Assembly (NCBI GenBank): GCA_905178155.1
Contig: CAJINV010000009.1
Span: forward strand, 3,635,341-3,699,340
Reading direction: 5' to 3'
DNA from: Amoebophrya sp. A120
Taxonomy: Eukaryota; Protista; Dinoflagellata
Length of the DNA: 64,000 nt
Below are positions 1 to 12,500 of this stretch, piece by piece (the first letter of the stretch is position 1; each line of letters opens with the position of its first letter). Below the pieces are notes generated by a model that worked only from the letters and a program-made list of their open reading frames with translations, did not search any database and was not told the DNA's origin. A program made the translations under genes and the position numbers.

Positions 1-2411
1 AGAGCAAGGCAAGAGCAAGGCCATCCGCGCGGTATGGCGCAGCGCGACGCGTCGCCCGCGGGCACGCAAACGGCTCAACATGAGCACCAAAAAGACGACT
101 GCAACAATTTTCATACCGTCGCGATTCGCAAAAAAGCGCGCAAAAACGCGACGCAAAATGGTTCGCCCCGCGTGCGCCGAAGCACAGGGCGAACCGACAA
201 AGCAGCAGCCGCCTCAAGCAAGCCAAGTCGCATTGCTTGAATTGCCTGAGGCAACGCCAACCACGGGCGGACTGCCTCCATTCCGAAAACACGAAGCGCG
301 ACACTTCCGCTATTGCCACGTAAGCCCCAAGTCGCAGCGTGCCATCGTGATTCACTTTTTACCTCCCAGCACTCAGCGGTCTCTTGTAAAAATATTTAGA
401 TTATTTGGGCTTGTGGAGAACGAAGAAAAAGATCCATCTTCATCTTGCAGAACAACATGCAATAATTGCATGACATTGACAAAGACAAGGAACCCCCATC
501 AACTAACAGGTCTACAGTTGCGAATGCGCCGACCGTGTCTAACCGAAAGGAGTTAGACCACTGCCGCTTTTTCGTGCACGGGCTTGGGAAGAAAAAGTAC
601 CCCTTCACGTCCAACACCAGCAGCATGGCGGTGGTAGAGGTGGAGCGGCAGACGGGTGGAGCAACACAGGGCGCACCAGGGGGTGCTCACCCCCAGCATC
701 AACTACCAGGCAACGGGAACAACAACCGGCCGGCGGGTTCGCCAAACGGCGGCATGGGCTTCAGCACGGCTGGTGGGGTGGACCCGGGCATGCCGAAGTC
801 GGAGGTGATTATCGACCAAACAGGGAGGACGCAAATTTTCGCTCCGTTTCGGGTATAATGATGAGGAATTTTGTTGAATCGGACGGTACTTACTTAAGTA
901 TTGTCATGCGGAAATCCATATAGTGACTCGGTTGGTCCTATTTGGAACTACTTGTGCAAGAGAAATCGAATTCGAAATTGTGAATGGTTCATTCTCGTCA
1001 GGTCGGCAAGGGGCGGCAGTATGCGAATATGGTGCACCAAGTCTCAAAACCCAGTATGGAACAGATGCGGTTCGACTATTAGGGCGAGATGAAATGAAAA
1101 TGTTTAGTTCGTGGGCCTCTTTTTCTTCACAACTCAAAAACGATATCTTCAGTTTCAGTTCTTGACAGACCCTTTGCGCATGTCGTGGAATGTTGATCTT
1201 ATGTCCCCATGAAGAACAACTGCGCTGTCTATTGTGTCACAACTTCAACAAGTCTTCTATCAGTAGACATGAGCTGCTGGTGCACTGGAGACGGATATAT
1301 GTCAATGACAAGGTTTCAATAATTTTCCGTACTCACTGTCGCTATAGTGTAAATTCTGATGTAGGATGGTATGTTTCTGTTGACGGCTGACGAGCACGAC
1401 CCGGTCGCAGTGGAGATGAACAAGAGTTTTTTATTGAGATGAACCTAGTATCTGATTGGAATTCAAATTCTCTTGGGGATGTATCGAAATGGTAGAAAGA
1501 TTCCTCAGTTGATCGTGATTGCCCAGTCAATCTGACGAGCAGTGTGAGGAAAGCAAGGCACAAGTAGGGCCGTAGATGATGAGTGGATCCGGAAATCCAA
1601 ATGTCGTGAATGGAGGTTTCATTCTCGTCTCCTGATAATCATAATCTCTCAAGGATGTTGTTCGAGTTCGCGCTGCGAAAACCATCCAACACCACTATGT
1701 CTCTGAACGCCAATACTATGTGTAGCTTTTAGAAGTCGCCGGATGCTGGTGAATCTATCACGAAACGGAGCAGCTGAGTAGTTGCCAGTCCAAGCCAAGG
1801 GAGGTCGTTGTGGCTGTCGACAACACATCATTTGTCAATGGAATCGCTCTACTCCTCGTAGTAAAGTTGCAGCTTTTAATATTTGTTTCTACTCCACATC
1901 TCGTCCGTCGTCTGGTGAATTACATCGTCAACGCATTGGGTCGTGGCGTTGTTGTCAAGAAATCGTGGTCGTGTCAACTACATCCTTTGTAGAGCATTGG
2001 AAACAGAGCTTCTTGTCGGTGGATCAAACAAGTCGTCGTCATCATCTAGGGCACTGCTGGTTACTAGTAAGCAAGCGTACGAACACTAAAACACGGATAA
2101 AAACTTACGACTTGCAAGGACGTACGCCTAGAGCCTCGTTCAGAAGTGTGTGATGCGAGTGAGCACCTCTTCCGTAGAAGAAAATTCACTTTCGTACTGT
2201 TAGCGCCGTGAAAAACAAAATAGAAATACTCGTTTTGATTTTCGCAATGAGGTCGGAGAAAAGAAAGAACAATGTCGCGGCTGCTAGTAGCGGTAGCCGT
2301 ACTTCTGCAGTGGTTGTACTAGCAGCTGTTCCACCTCTACCGATGTGCCTGTACAAGAACTGCATCTTCAAATACGCCTAATCTCGCGGGGATAGCCAAA
2401 CTGACGGCATC

Positions 2412-5400
2412 ATGGGCGGCTCCTGCAGCTCAGCCTCGTCGTCCTGCTGCCCCTGCCTCTGTGGCGACGGAAGTGAGGATGATGACTTCCTTATCAAAAG
2501 GAAAAATCCCCCCACCCCATATCGAAATGGAAATCTGTGATGCGGGATTTGTGTACACAAATCGGCTTTGTATTGCAGGAAGGCATCGCGGCCAGATCCC
2601 CAGGCTATACAGGGGCGTATCGGTCTAGTTGTTCAGCATGGAAAACGGCTCCGCTTTAGGCCCAACAGCATGACAAATCGCCTCCATAATGGGGGCGAAG
2701 CTTTTGCCCTTGTCTTCTTGCAAGACAGGCGCGATTTGTGACCTCAAATCAGCAGCGCAAATTTTCGGAAACATGCCTTTTCGATATGGGGAGGGGGGAT
2801 TTTTCCTCACAATATTCCTTGCCTTGAACTACAAGAACCGCGGCGTCCTGCGGGGAAACAAGGTCTATCAGAAGTAAAAATGTCTGGGTCTGGAAAGTTG
2901 TGATGTTGGGTGGCATCTCATGATGACATGAGGCTACAAATGCTGGCTTAGCATGACAAGTTTCTGAGCTCCTAGATGTTGCCTATTCTGCATGAAGACA
3001 AACTGCGCTTCTGCATCACAGAAAAGCGGAGCGCTTGGGTAACGTGCATGACAGATTTAAGAGTCATATGCCAGACAAGCATGACAAACATGAACTCTTC
3101 CAGACCCAGACATTTTTACAGTTGATAAGGTCGAGCCTGTTACCGAGATCGACCAGGACTCGGTGATGTTGTTGATTCCCAACCCCGGCGAATTCGGAGA
3201 GGAGGAGGAGGAGGACGAGGATGCAGACGGTACGACGAGCAGTCTCGAGGAGGAAGCTGGGTTAAAAACTGAAGTTGATGGAGGAGAACAAGGTACAGCG
3301 ACAGCTGCTGCAGCAGTAGTTGTTGACCAAGAAATAGAAAGACGACTAGGAGAAAAAATGAAGGAACGCCTTTTGCGCTTCGCCACGGCCGCGCGGGCTG
3401 CTTTGATGGAGAACGAGACTAACGAGAAGAAAGCAAAGGGAAGATTAGGGGAGAACAAGAGAAAGAAGAAAAAGAGGTACATCGACGATGCTTTCGATTA
3501 CAATCCGCGAACGACGGTGGAAGACGGTGCTAGCGATTTCACGGAAGAAGTAGAAGCTGCAGGACATCACGAAGACGACACTGGTGACAGGGCACACGAA
3601 GTGGTGGACATGATACCATCACCCGGCACACCAGCAGGTTTGCACCAGAACAAGAGTGCGAAAAAAATTTCCACCAACAGCCGAACTACTACCACAGCGT
3701 CTGTCGCTAGTCGGAGTAGCGTTAATAGGGATAGCCAACTGCACGACCCACTTCTAGAAGAGCATGCTGTCGACGTTCCAGGACGAGCAAGTTCGAATTA
3801 CTCAACGACTTGGCGCTCCTCACGACTTGGCGCTCCTCAACATCATCCACAAGCAGTGGTAGGTGGCGGGGGGAGTGGAAATCAACAGCATCAACCTGGT
3901 ATTGGCAAGACGCCTCTAGTACCTCATCTTGTCCCAGTTCATGCCTCGACGCGAGAAAAACTACTGCGCGATATCCCGGAAGAAGCGACGTCTTTGCAAG
4001 CAGAGAGCGAACAGGATGCTGGAGATGAAGATTTTTACCACTACCATAATCTGGTCTCTTCGTCCGAGCAGCCCGGTAGTCCAGGAGATCATGGTGGTCC
4101 TACCTCGGCCTCGGAGGAGTTCAAATTCAATTCCGAATTGTCTTCAACGCAGCAACTGTTGCCCTTGAAAATCTTCGAGTTAGTCAGTGCTGGCGCGGAA
4201 CCAGATGAGCAGGTTGTCAGTGAGGAGGAAGATACTAGGCAGGCGTCTACTGGTGATTCTACAGAAGTCCTCGCGGAAGGACAAGAACCGGCCAGAAAAA
4301 TAGTTGTACCGGAATCTTCGCAACAACGAGTAGGAGCAGGAAACGGTGTAGGAGCTTCATCTACAACAACCAGTACCACAACTACTGCAGTAGCAGCACC
4401 AGCAGCTTCAGCAAACTATGCGGATGCGAATGCACCATCGGCAGGAGCGGGTCCTCCTCCGGGAGGAGGAAAACAAGTAGACAAGCAAAAACAAAATCTC
4501 GATTTCTTTTTCAAGAACGAGAGTACCAAGCTGCTACACGACTCCCAGATGATGAATAGCAGACTGGGTGGAGAAGGGACTGGTAATGGCGGAAGAATAG
4601 TAACTGTTGCAACTGCAAGCACAGTCGCCACCTCAAGTGGAGCAGAAGCGGGAACAAATAACACCACCACCAGCAACACAAATTCGTCCTCAAACTCCTT
4701 GCTCCAAACTGCCCTTCTTGCCGCGAGCAGCCCGGAAGACGAAGCAAGTCTCAGTCCCGCGCAAAGTAGTACTAGTCCGGCGGGGGGACTATTTAACGAG
4801 GAGACTACGTCGGCCGCCGCTGGACCTTCTGGGTCTAGTAATAGTGCATTCGTTCATCTTTCTGGAACTGCAACAAAGGAAATTGTGGCGCTGGAGATCC
4901 CCCCTTTGGAGGTGGATGGTGAGGACACGCAATTCAACGCTGGTGCACAAGTCCTAGTAGGTGGGACGAACAGCAGCAAGAACAGCACGGATCATCATGT
5001 CGTTACACTGCGGAACGGAACCACCGGTACTAGCAACCCAGAAGAAGGCTCTACTTTTAGCCGGAGTACTGCGCAAGTGTCGGTCTCGAGCACTATTTCG
5101 CAAGTCACGGCTACTAACACGACCGTCGTGACAGGAGGGGGGCAGCCGGGACGTCAAGAATTTCCAGACGAGGTGACAACTGGTCAGCGTCAGCCTGTTT
5201 CTAACATGTTTACGCGCGACCGCCTGTTGAAGTCAGACACCAGCAACAGCACTAACGCGACTTCGGACTACCACGATCAGTCGGCGCAACTTCGTTCGTG
5301 GGGTGCGGGACAACCACCGCCACTGCAGCCAGCAATTGGATCAAAAGCCCCACCTGTGGCGCTCTCCTCCTCGCCGATGAATAGTGCAACTACTTCTAAA

Positions 5401-6327
5401 AGCAACAAGCGGTTGAACCTGAAGCGCTCGAACAAAAACAGACCGCCGAGTCAGACAGAGCAAGTAGATGAAAATCAAGAGCAGATGCAGATTCCTCCAA
5501 CATCTTCAGAATCACAATCAGACAAGAAGAAAAATCTGAATCTCCTGTACTACCCGGAGGAGGAGTTTTCTTACCCGGCGTCCTCTCAGGAGTCTTGTTC
5601 TGGAGGTGGGGGTTTTTGTTCTACTTCATCCTGTTCCTCGTCCTCTTCCTCCCCAAGCATAGGCAGCGCAAGAAGTGCCAAGACCGATGAATCTTCGCTG
5701 CTGCAAAAAATACACGAGCGCTCATTTGAACCGAATTTGAATTCCTTCTTCGACACTGAAATAGAGAATGGTGTGTGGGGTAATCGCGGCGGCAGCGGGG
5801 AGGTCCTGGAGCAAGGTCTTTCCCGTATTTCCACTACACACGGAGCGACATCAAGAGACGGGCGGGCTTCATCACTACGGCCACCCGGTATTGGCAGTGC
5901 AATGCTTGGAAAAGTTCCATCCGCAACGACACGTGTTCACCCTCCACTAGTCACTTCAATTTTCGGCGACAAAATTGATACTTTTTCCGACGAGGAAGGA
6001 AGACGGCGCCACGAGAAACAAGATTTTGAAGATGATCCTGTCGAAGACGATGAGATGGTCTCTCTGTACTCCCCCTTGAGCAGCGCGGACGAGGGAACAA
6101 TGAAAAACATCACCACCATGCTGAATCAGGACGATGTAGGACCACAACGACGAGGCCGCGATAATTACAACAGACCGCACGAGGACCAACAAGTCGTTGT
6201 AGATCATCCTGACGACCAAAATGCAGCAGCTTTTACCCCCTGCAGTGCGGATTTCTTTTCGCCACAGCGATATATTGTGGTGGTCTCTTCGAGGTCAGTG
6301 TCGGAGGACGAGGAGGAGGAAGAGTAG
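2412..6327 (+). CDS. ~1100-aa low-complexity protein with N-terminal myristoylation/palmitoylation-like motif (3 exons: 2412-2491, 2820-2865, 3133-6327)
   Basis: ATG 2412 follows an in-frame stop. Removing elements 2492-2814 and 2866-3127 (+5 nt each) gives MGGSCSSASSSCCPCLCGDGSEDDDFLALNYKNRGVLRGNKVEPVTEIDQDS, in frame with the 1054-aa ORF 3163-6327. Confidence 0.75.
2492..2814. mobile_element. Introner, family D (TIR TATCAAAAGGAAAAATCCCCC..CCCCATATCGAAA)
   Basis: TSD TTCCT/TTCCT. Confidence 0.9.
2866..3127. mobile_element. Introner, family A (TIR core AAAAATGTCTGGGTCTGGAA)
   Basis: TSD AGGTC/AGGTC. Confidence 0.9.
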
Positions 6328-7225
6328 AACGATAGAACAAAGCAATTAAGGAAACGACTTTTTACCGAAGAGGAAGATGCTGGCACACTATCGCTAGCTG
6401 TTTTGTCGACTAAGATGAAAGTATAGTACTTACTACCTTACAACAGTTTACGCTTTTGACATATTACTTCTACTACTTTATACGAGATTGCTTAACTTGG
6501 ATGATCAGACGCCAGAAAATTAATGTAGATTACAGGCGGCTCCAGCGTGCGACGCGGTGCTCGCTGAAATTGAAACTTGAAGATATTTGTACACACGAAG
6601 GATCTGCATTTGTTGCACGTTTGCTATGTACATTTTTGAGGACACAGACGATCAAATACAAACTCACGCCTGTGACCACTAGGCACGCGTACTTCTTGAA
6701 TGCAGCTGGATTTTTACAGCTAAAGCTATACGCTAGTCAGTCTGCTTTTGATGCGCACCGAAGCGATAGAAATGGCGAGGACATGATGATCTCATCGCTT
6801 CATTATGTGCACCTGTTTCGCTTTTCTTCCTGATGTGATCTTCAGAGCTCGTTCTGTTCGTAGCATCGCGTTGTGGGGAAAGCATTTGCCGTCGAATGTT
6901 TTCGAAAAGGAAACGACACGACTGAACAAAATCGTTATGGTCGTGATCGTGCCCATGGAGTGAGGCATATAGTCTTGTCGTCGACCGTCGTCGTAAAGTG
7001 ATCTTCTTTTGTTACAGGCATGTTGGCAGCTCGTCCTCGTCGATTTTTATAGTTGGCAGTTCGTGCTGCGGGCGCGGATCTTTTCTTGAGCGCATCTTCG
7101 TGGTCGTGATCAGGATTTATCGAAATGAGTAAAAGGCAATGATTTAGATATTCATATTTTTCAGAACGAAGTCGCTCTCTGTCGCCACTACTTGAGAACT
7201 CAGCAGCCAAACTTAAACTTAAACT

Positions 7226-8728
7226 ATGCCGCTTTCCACCGCACTCCAAGACCTCGTGGTTTCCAACGCGGACGGGCGAAAGTGGGTGAAAGACAAGCTA
7301 GCGCCAGTGACACCTCTCGACGAAGACATTGGCATATGAACTGTAAAAATGTCTGGGTCTGGAAGATTTCTTCAACAAGGTTTGTCATGCATATTTCGCA
7401 TGGGCTATGATGCCTGTAATGTATGACCTTGCATGACAGATTTTTTGCGGGTATCTTGATGCCTATCCGGCATGACAAATGCCCTCTCCGCGGAGCAAAA
7501 ACTGCACGCCTCTTGCTGCTCATGCAATACAGATTTTTTTAGATTCCAAAAATAGCATCACAAGTTGCATTCTTCCAGACCCAGACATTTTTGCAATCCA
7601 TATGGCAGATACGTGGACAATGTGCAGGCGATCACTTTATGCATTGCAAAAGTATTTCGTACTAGCGTAAATCGCATCACAAATTTTTCCGAGAGAGAAA
7701 GTGTAATTATTAATTTGTAATGCTGATTTCCCTTACCTGATGGATTTGTCATGCGACACGGCGATAATTAGAAGTACGAGCGCGATACTTTTGCACTGCA
7801 TACACCTCGAACGATGACAACGGCCTAGTGGACGATCTGGATGATGCAGCCGATTTCACCACAAATCTGCTCTCCAACATCCTGAATCGTATGAAAAGTG
7901 GAAATACAAAAAATCATCTTGGATCAAGTTGTGGGGCCGCGAAGTTGAAGTAGGTGGGTGAACTTCAAGTGGATACTGGTTGCAGAATGTGAATGTTGTA
8001 GTTTGATGTGGCGCTACACCTACCTAATAGAAGTTGAAGTTCTACAAGAAACACCTACGACGCTGCGTCATTCATCTTATGTGATGTGCCTGCACCCACT
8101 ACACTCGCGTAGTGTAGCCTTGCCTGCTTCGGTTGTAATGCCTGTTTTTCTTGATTCAACTACAAAATTTTCTTCCTCATATCCACCTTCGGTATTTTCG
8201 GAAAAAGTACCAAAACGGGCCATTACAAGTACTTTCGGGTCTTCAAGATTCCGAGCAACGGCTATCCACAGTGCTTGAGGTTGAGTTTCCCGTACGCCTT
8301 CGCAGAAAGAAGTGCTGTTTCTGCGTAATGACGATCCTATTCATCAGCATGGCAATTGGTGGTACACAACCCGCCTAAGTTGGCGAAGTTTGTCATGCAT
8401 TTTTGTATACGTCGACGTCGCCCTCGATGCGTACGGGAAATTTGTATTGCATACCAGCAAGCCGTTGCGAATGGCGGGCCGGAATAACGACGAATTTCTC
8501 GGGAGGTGCCAGTACTGGTTTGGCCGGGACAGCGTAGAGCCAGCAGCTCCTGTGAAGGGAGGCGGCGCCGATGCCAATGCGCCTACTGCGGGAGGAAACG
8601 CGGTGAAAGAAGATGGTGGAAACGCGGAGGATTTGGAAGCTTGTCAGCTCTTTCATTTGCGACTCGGTGAGCCGCACATCGCACCGACAAACCTGGTGCG
8701 AAACTACTTCAGCGGGTTTTTTCTATGA
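7226..8728 (+). CDS. Hypothetical protein, 5 exons
   Basis: MPLSTALQDLVV...DEDIG|RYVDNVQAIT|SNDDNGLV...ILNR|FGIFGKSTKTGHYKYFRVFKIPSNG|KPLRMAGRNNDEF...YFSGFFL* stays open after removing 4 elements +5 nt. Confidence 0.65.
7335..7602. mobile_element. Introner, family A
   Basis: TSD TGGCA/TGGCA. Confidence 0.9.
7638..7802. mobile_element. Introner, family B (TIR core GCAAAAGTATCGTACTCGTA)
   Basis: TSD CACTT/CACCT. Confidence 0.85.
7890..8181. mobile_element. Eroded introner-like intron
   Basis: TATGA...TCATA; TSD decayed; +5 removal in frame. Confidence 0.5.
8263..8453. mobile_element. Introner, family H (TATCCACAG..TTTCCCGTAC / GTACGGGAAATTTGTATTGCATA)
   Basis: TSD ACGGC/CCAGC; +5 removal in frame. 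Confidence 0.7.
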
Positions 8729-9154
8729 TGTTGATGAGAAAATTGAAAAAGATAAAGATGCTGAGCAGATAGTGATAGTGAGCTGCAGGCAAACAACCGA
8801 GCGTCAGAATCTCTTTTAGTTTCAGCAATAAGCTGCTCCACGTCGTGGTCGTGAGAAAACCTACGAGGTAGGACGAGTCGCTACTGTTGAAAATGGCTTG
8901 TTGACACCTACTTCATCACAGGCGCCTGCTGAACAAGTATGCTGAGCGTGGAGATGAATGCGTCGTGTTCATCGTTATGTTCTGATGTTGTTCTTCTTCT
9001 TACTCTTAGCTTGCGCGATATCTGGCTGTTGTCCTCGTGTGTCGTACACTACGTCCGAAGAACTGCGGTGTTGATAAAATGGCAGATGGTAGGACACTGC
9101 CACTGTACTAAAAGACAAAGAGGATACCAAGGAGAACGATGATGCGTTTTGAGC

Positions 9155-9155
<1 letters not shown>

Positions 9156-9204
<49 letters not shown>
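9156..9204. repeat. (GT)24 microsatellite
   Basis: Perfect GT dinucleotide run. Confidence 0.98.
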
Positions 9205-9206
<2 letters not shown>

Positions 9207-9516
9207 TTCTTCTAACTTGCCCGGCTGTGCCTATTGCAGCTACCACCAGAGTTGTTGTGGTGCTACTGGCAGAACAGAACCGCCAGCCGTACCAATCTTG
9301 TTCTGTAGTTCCTACTTGTGTAGTTCTCGTGTCAGAAGTAGTAGTGCCAGTTCAAGTTTAAGTATCAAAATAACTACGCTTGCTTGCATCGCGCCGTTTC
9401 ATTCGTACGCACCTAATTTTTTCGACTCGTCGTGGCTACCTCTACCAGCACTTCTATAATTTGTCTTGCATGAAGACCACGAACCCGGACGCCTCGTCCA
9501 CGATCGCTTCAAGAAG

Positions 9517-12500
9517 ATGTTGCCGGAAGACCTGAACCCGGGGAACCGTGACTACAAAACCGTGCCGCTTCTTTCCGCAGACGAGCAAAACCGGAATCAA
9601 GAAAGGGAAGGCCACAACGACCTCTCTGGCGCAGCTTCTAGTAGTTCCAGACCTGCTAGAGGTAACGACACCTCCGACGTGGGTCCTTCAACATCCGTCG
9701 CAAGCGCGGCCAACACCCTATCCACAGAAAAAAACCCATCCACATCCATTTTTTGCATGACAAACACATCCATTTTAAGTTTATAAACGAATGGGACGCC
9801 CTGCCCTTAGCCTTCCAACATGACAAACACATGATTTGATACGTGTTCTGCATGACAAATTGGATACGGATGGGTTTTTTTCTGTGGATACACCCACACT
9901 TCCGACGATACCCGGCGGACGAAACAGAACATATCAAATGTAAAAATGTCTGGGTCTGGAAGAATGCAACTTGTGATGCTGCATTTGGATGTCTAAGAAA
10001 TTTGTGTTGCGTGAGCAGCAAAAGGAGTCTAATTGTTGGTACGCGGAGAGGGCATTTGTCATGCGGAATAGGCATCAAGAATCCCTGAAAAAGATTGTGA
10101 TGCTAGGGCAGGCATCACAGACATCATGGCTCATGCAAACCGTTCATGACAAGTCTCAGAATCTTCCAGACCCAGACATTTTTGCATTTGATAGAACACG
10201 AATACCAGCAAGTCCGGTGGTAATTTATTCCCAGTCGGGGGCGGATCTTCTGCCGCCGGATCATCTAGTAGCTCCTCGTCCTCTTCGAACAGTTCTTCCA
10301 GTAATCGCGAACCCCCCTTGGACATCCGGGACCCCTACTCGCTGCTGTTTTCCCAAACCGCCAGTACCATGCCGTGGGTGTTTCATCTGCAACAGCCGGT
10401 CGAGCAGGATGCCGCTCTGGAGGATTATGTCCTGGAGGAAATTGTGGAGGAATATCCAAAGGAAAAGAATAGATAAACCCATGATCCTCTCAGAAGTCTC
10501 AATGCACGATTTCAATTTCTGCATGACAAAAACAGGTTCTACTTCTGGTTTGGCATCACAAATTGACTGGAAAAGTGGGAGCTTCATCTTGTTCTTTCTG
10601 AGGATGCTAAAGAATCGCTCGCGCACACCGACTCCGTTGCCGTCGTTCTGGATGAACAGAAAACCAATCTGCTGCGCGACATCGACGGAGGCGAGTATAG
10701 TGGCACAAGAACTGCAGGAGGGGCAGCTCCTGCAGGAGATCAAGAGCCAAGTGCTCCTTCACTACAGTACGACCCCTTCACACTCCTGACGAACCAGCAA
10801 TCTTCGCTGCTAGTACCTGCGTCCTCCTTCCGCGCAGGACAAGAGCAAGCACATGCCCCAGCGGGGAAGGGGATCACGAACTATTTCAGCCCGCCGTTTC
10901 AGCTGCTAGAGCGGCAAATGCAGCCGTCAGATTCTCAAAGAGAAACGAGTGAGGAAGACGTTGCACGCGGGGGAAAGCGACAGGCGCCGGGAACTACTGC
11001 TGCTGCTTTTGCTGGTGGCACTACAACCAGTATAACAACTTCTACGCAGTACCACCTGCTTCTCGAGCCGCCGAAAGACTCAGTGCAAAGTACTACGCAG
11101 CAAACCACACCGAGTAAGCAGTACCGGACCGTGCAAATGCAGCATCTGGACGACAACACATTGAGACTGTTGGAAACGCGAGCGCACGACGTTTTAGCAG
11201 AAAAACATCCGGAATTTGAAATGGACATCGATTTTCGCAATGACCATAGGGAGGTGGACCTGCAGCTGCAAATTGTTTCCGACGGGGGCGGAGAACAGGT
11301 GGACCACACTAGCCGGGGGTCCACGCCGCGAGGGGGCGCAGGCGGTGGTAATAAAGCGTCTTTCGCTTATTTCCCCCCTCCGTCAACTTCGTCGTCGAGA
11401 AAATTTTTTGTCGCCGGAGCTCCTGCAGGGGATAGCACCAGCAGTCGTGCATTGTTGCCAGCCCCGACCTCGTCGGCGACTCCGCGCGGGACCAGCACGA
11501 GCTCCACTGCAATGGCTGCTGGAGGTGTATATGGAAGCGTCAGGTTTGAAATCGTCAAAGTTGAAACGGTTTGTCATGCATAAATTGCAAGACATGAAGC
11601 GCCTCTCTTGCAGGGATGGCAAGTGAGGCAGATCGTGAGCCTATTTAGGGTTTGGCATAGAGCTGCTAAAGGAGCATGACAAAAGCAGTCTTCTGTGCCC
11701 AAACAGCATGACAAATTGGATTCCGTTGCTCCGAGAATTTGCCATGCGCCGCTTGGAAATTGGGCTTCCAACTGGTATCCACTTTATGCATGACAAATCA
11801 TTTCAACTCTGTCGATTTCAAACCTGACGCTTCCATAGTGTAGTTGACGACAGTAGTGCAGTTGTTGGACCCACCGCGGCCGCCCCGACTGGAGGTGCAA
11901 CCACAACCGCGGCTTTCGTGCCGCATGGGACATCTTCGTCCTCCTCGACGCATCAGCGACGGAGAACACGGTCAAAGGACGGTGCCGCGCTACACATCGA
12001 CACGTCTGCGATATCGTGTGGAAAATCGATGTTTGTATGACGAGCGTCTAGAAGTGCAAACCTTAGTGTTCAATTCTGCTTTTCCCTGCGACCTCCTGCT
12101 GCTTTCTTGATGACCAGGTCGTGGACGAGTTTTGTAGTTGCTCGGCGTTTTTAATATATATGATTTCGAACACGATATTCTATGTTAACCACCAGTGCGG
12201 GCTCCCACGCAGGAGCGCCCGCTCGCGGTCGAGGATCCTCCAGAGCGCACGGAAGCTCCTCGGTGACCAGGCAGCTCTCCTCCTCACCGCATGGCGGGTC
12301 GGTGGTATACGCGGAAAAGAAGACGAACTTTGTGGACTGGTACCACTGATGAAGAAAGCTGCAAGAGTCGATTTTTTTTTTATGTTGTCCACATAATCGG
12401 TTTCGGTAATCCAGTTCGAGTGCTGCAACGAACTAGTGATTGATGAATGACGACGAACACCAAAATCAAGATCAACCCGAATAAACATGCGCTCTTTATT

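Noticed and set aside
9049-9459. ORFs with CV/HT repeats
   Set aside because: They are translations of the (GT)n microsatellite.
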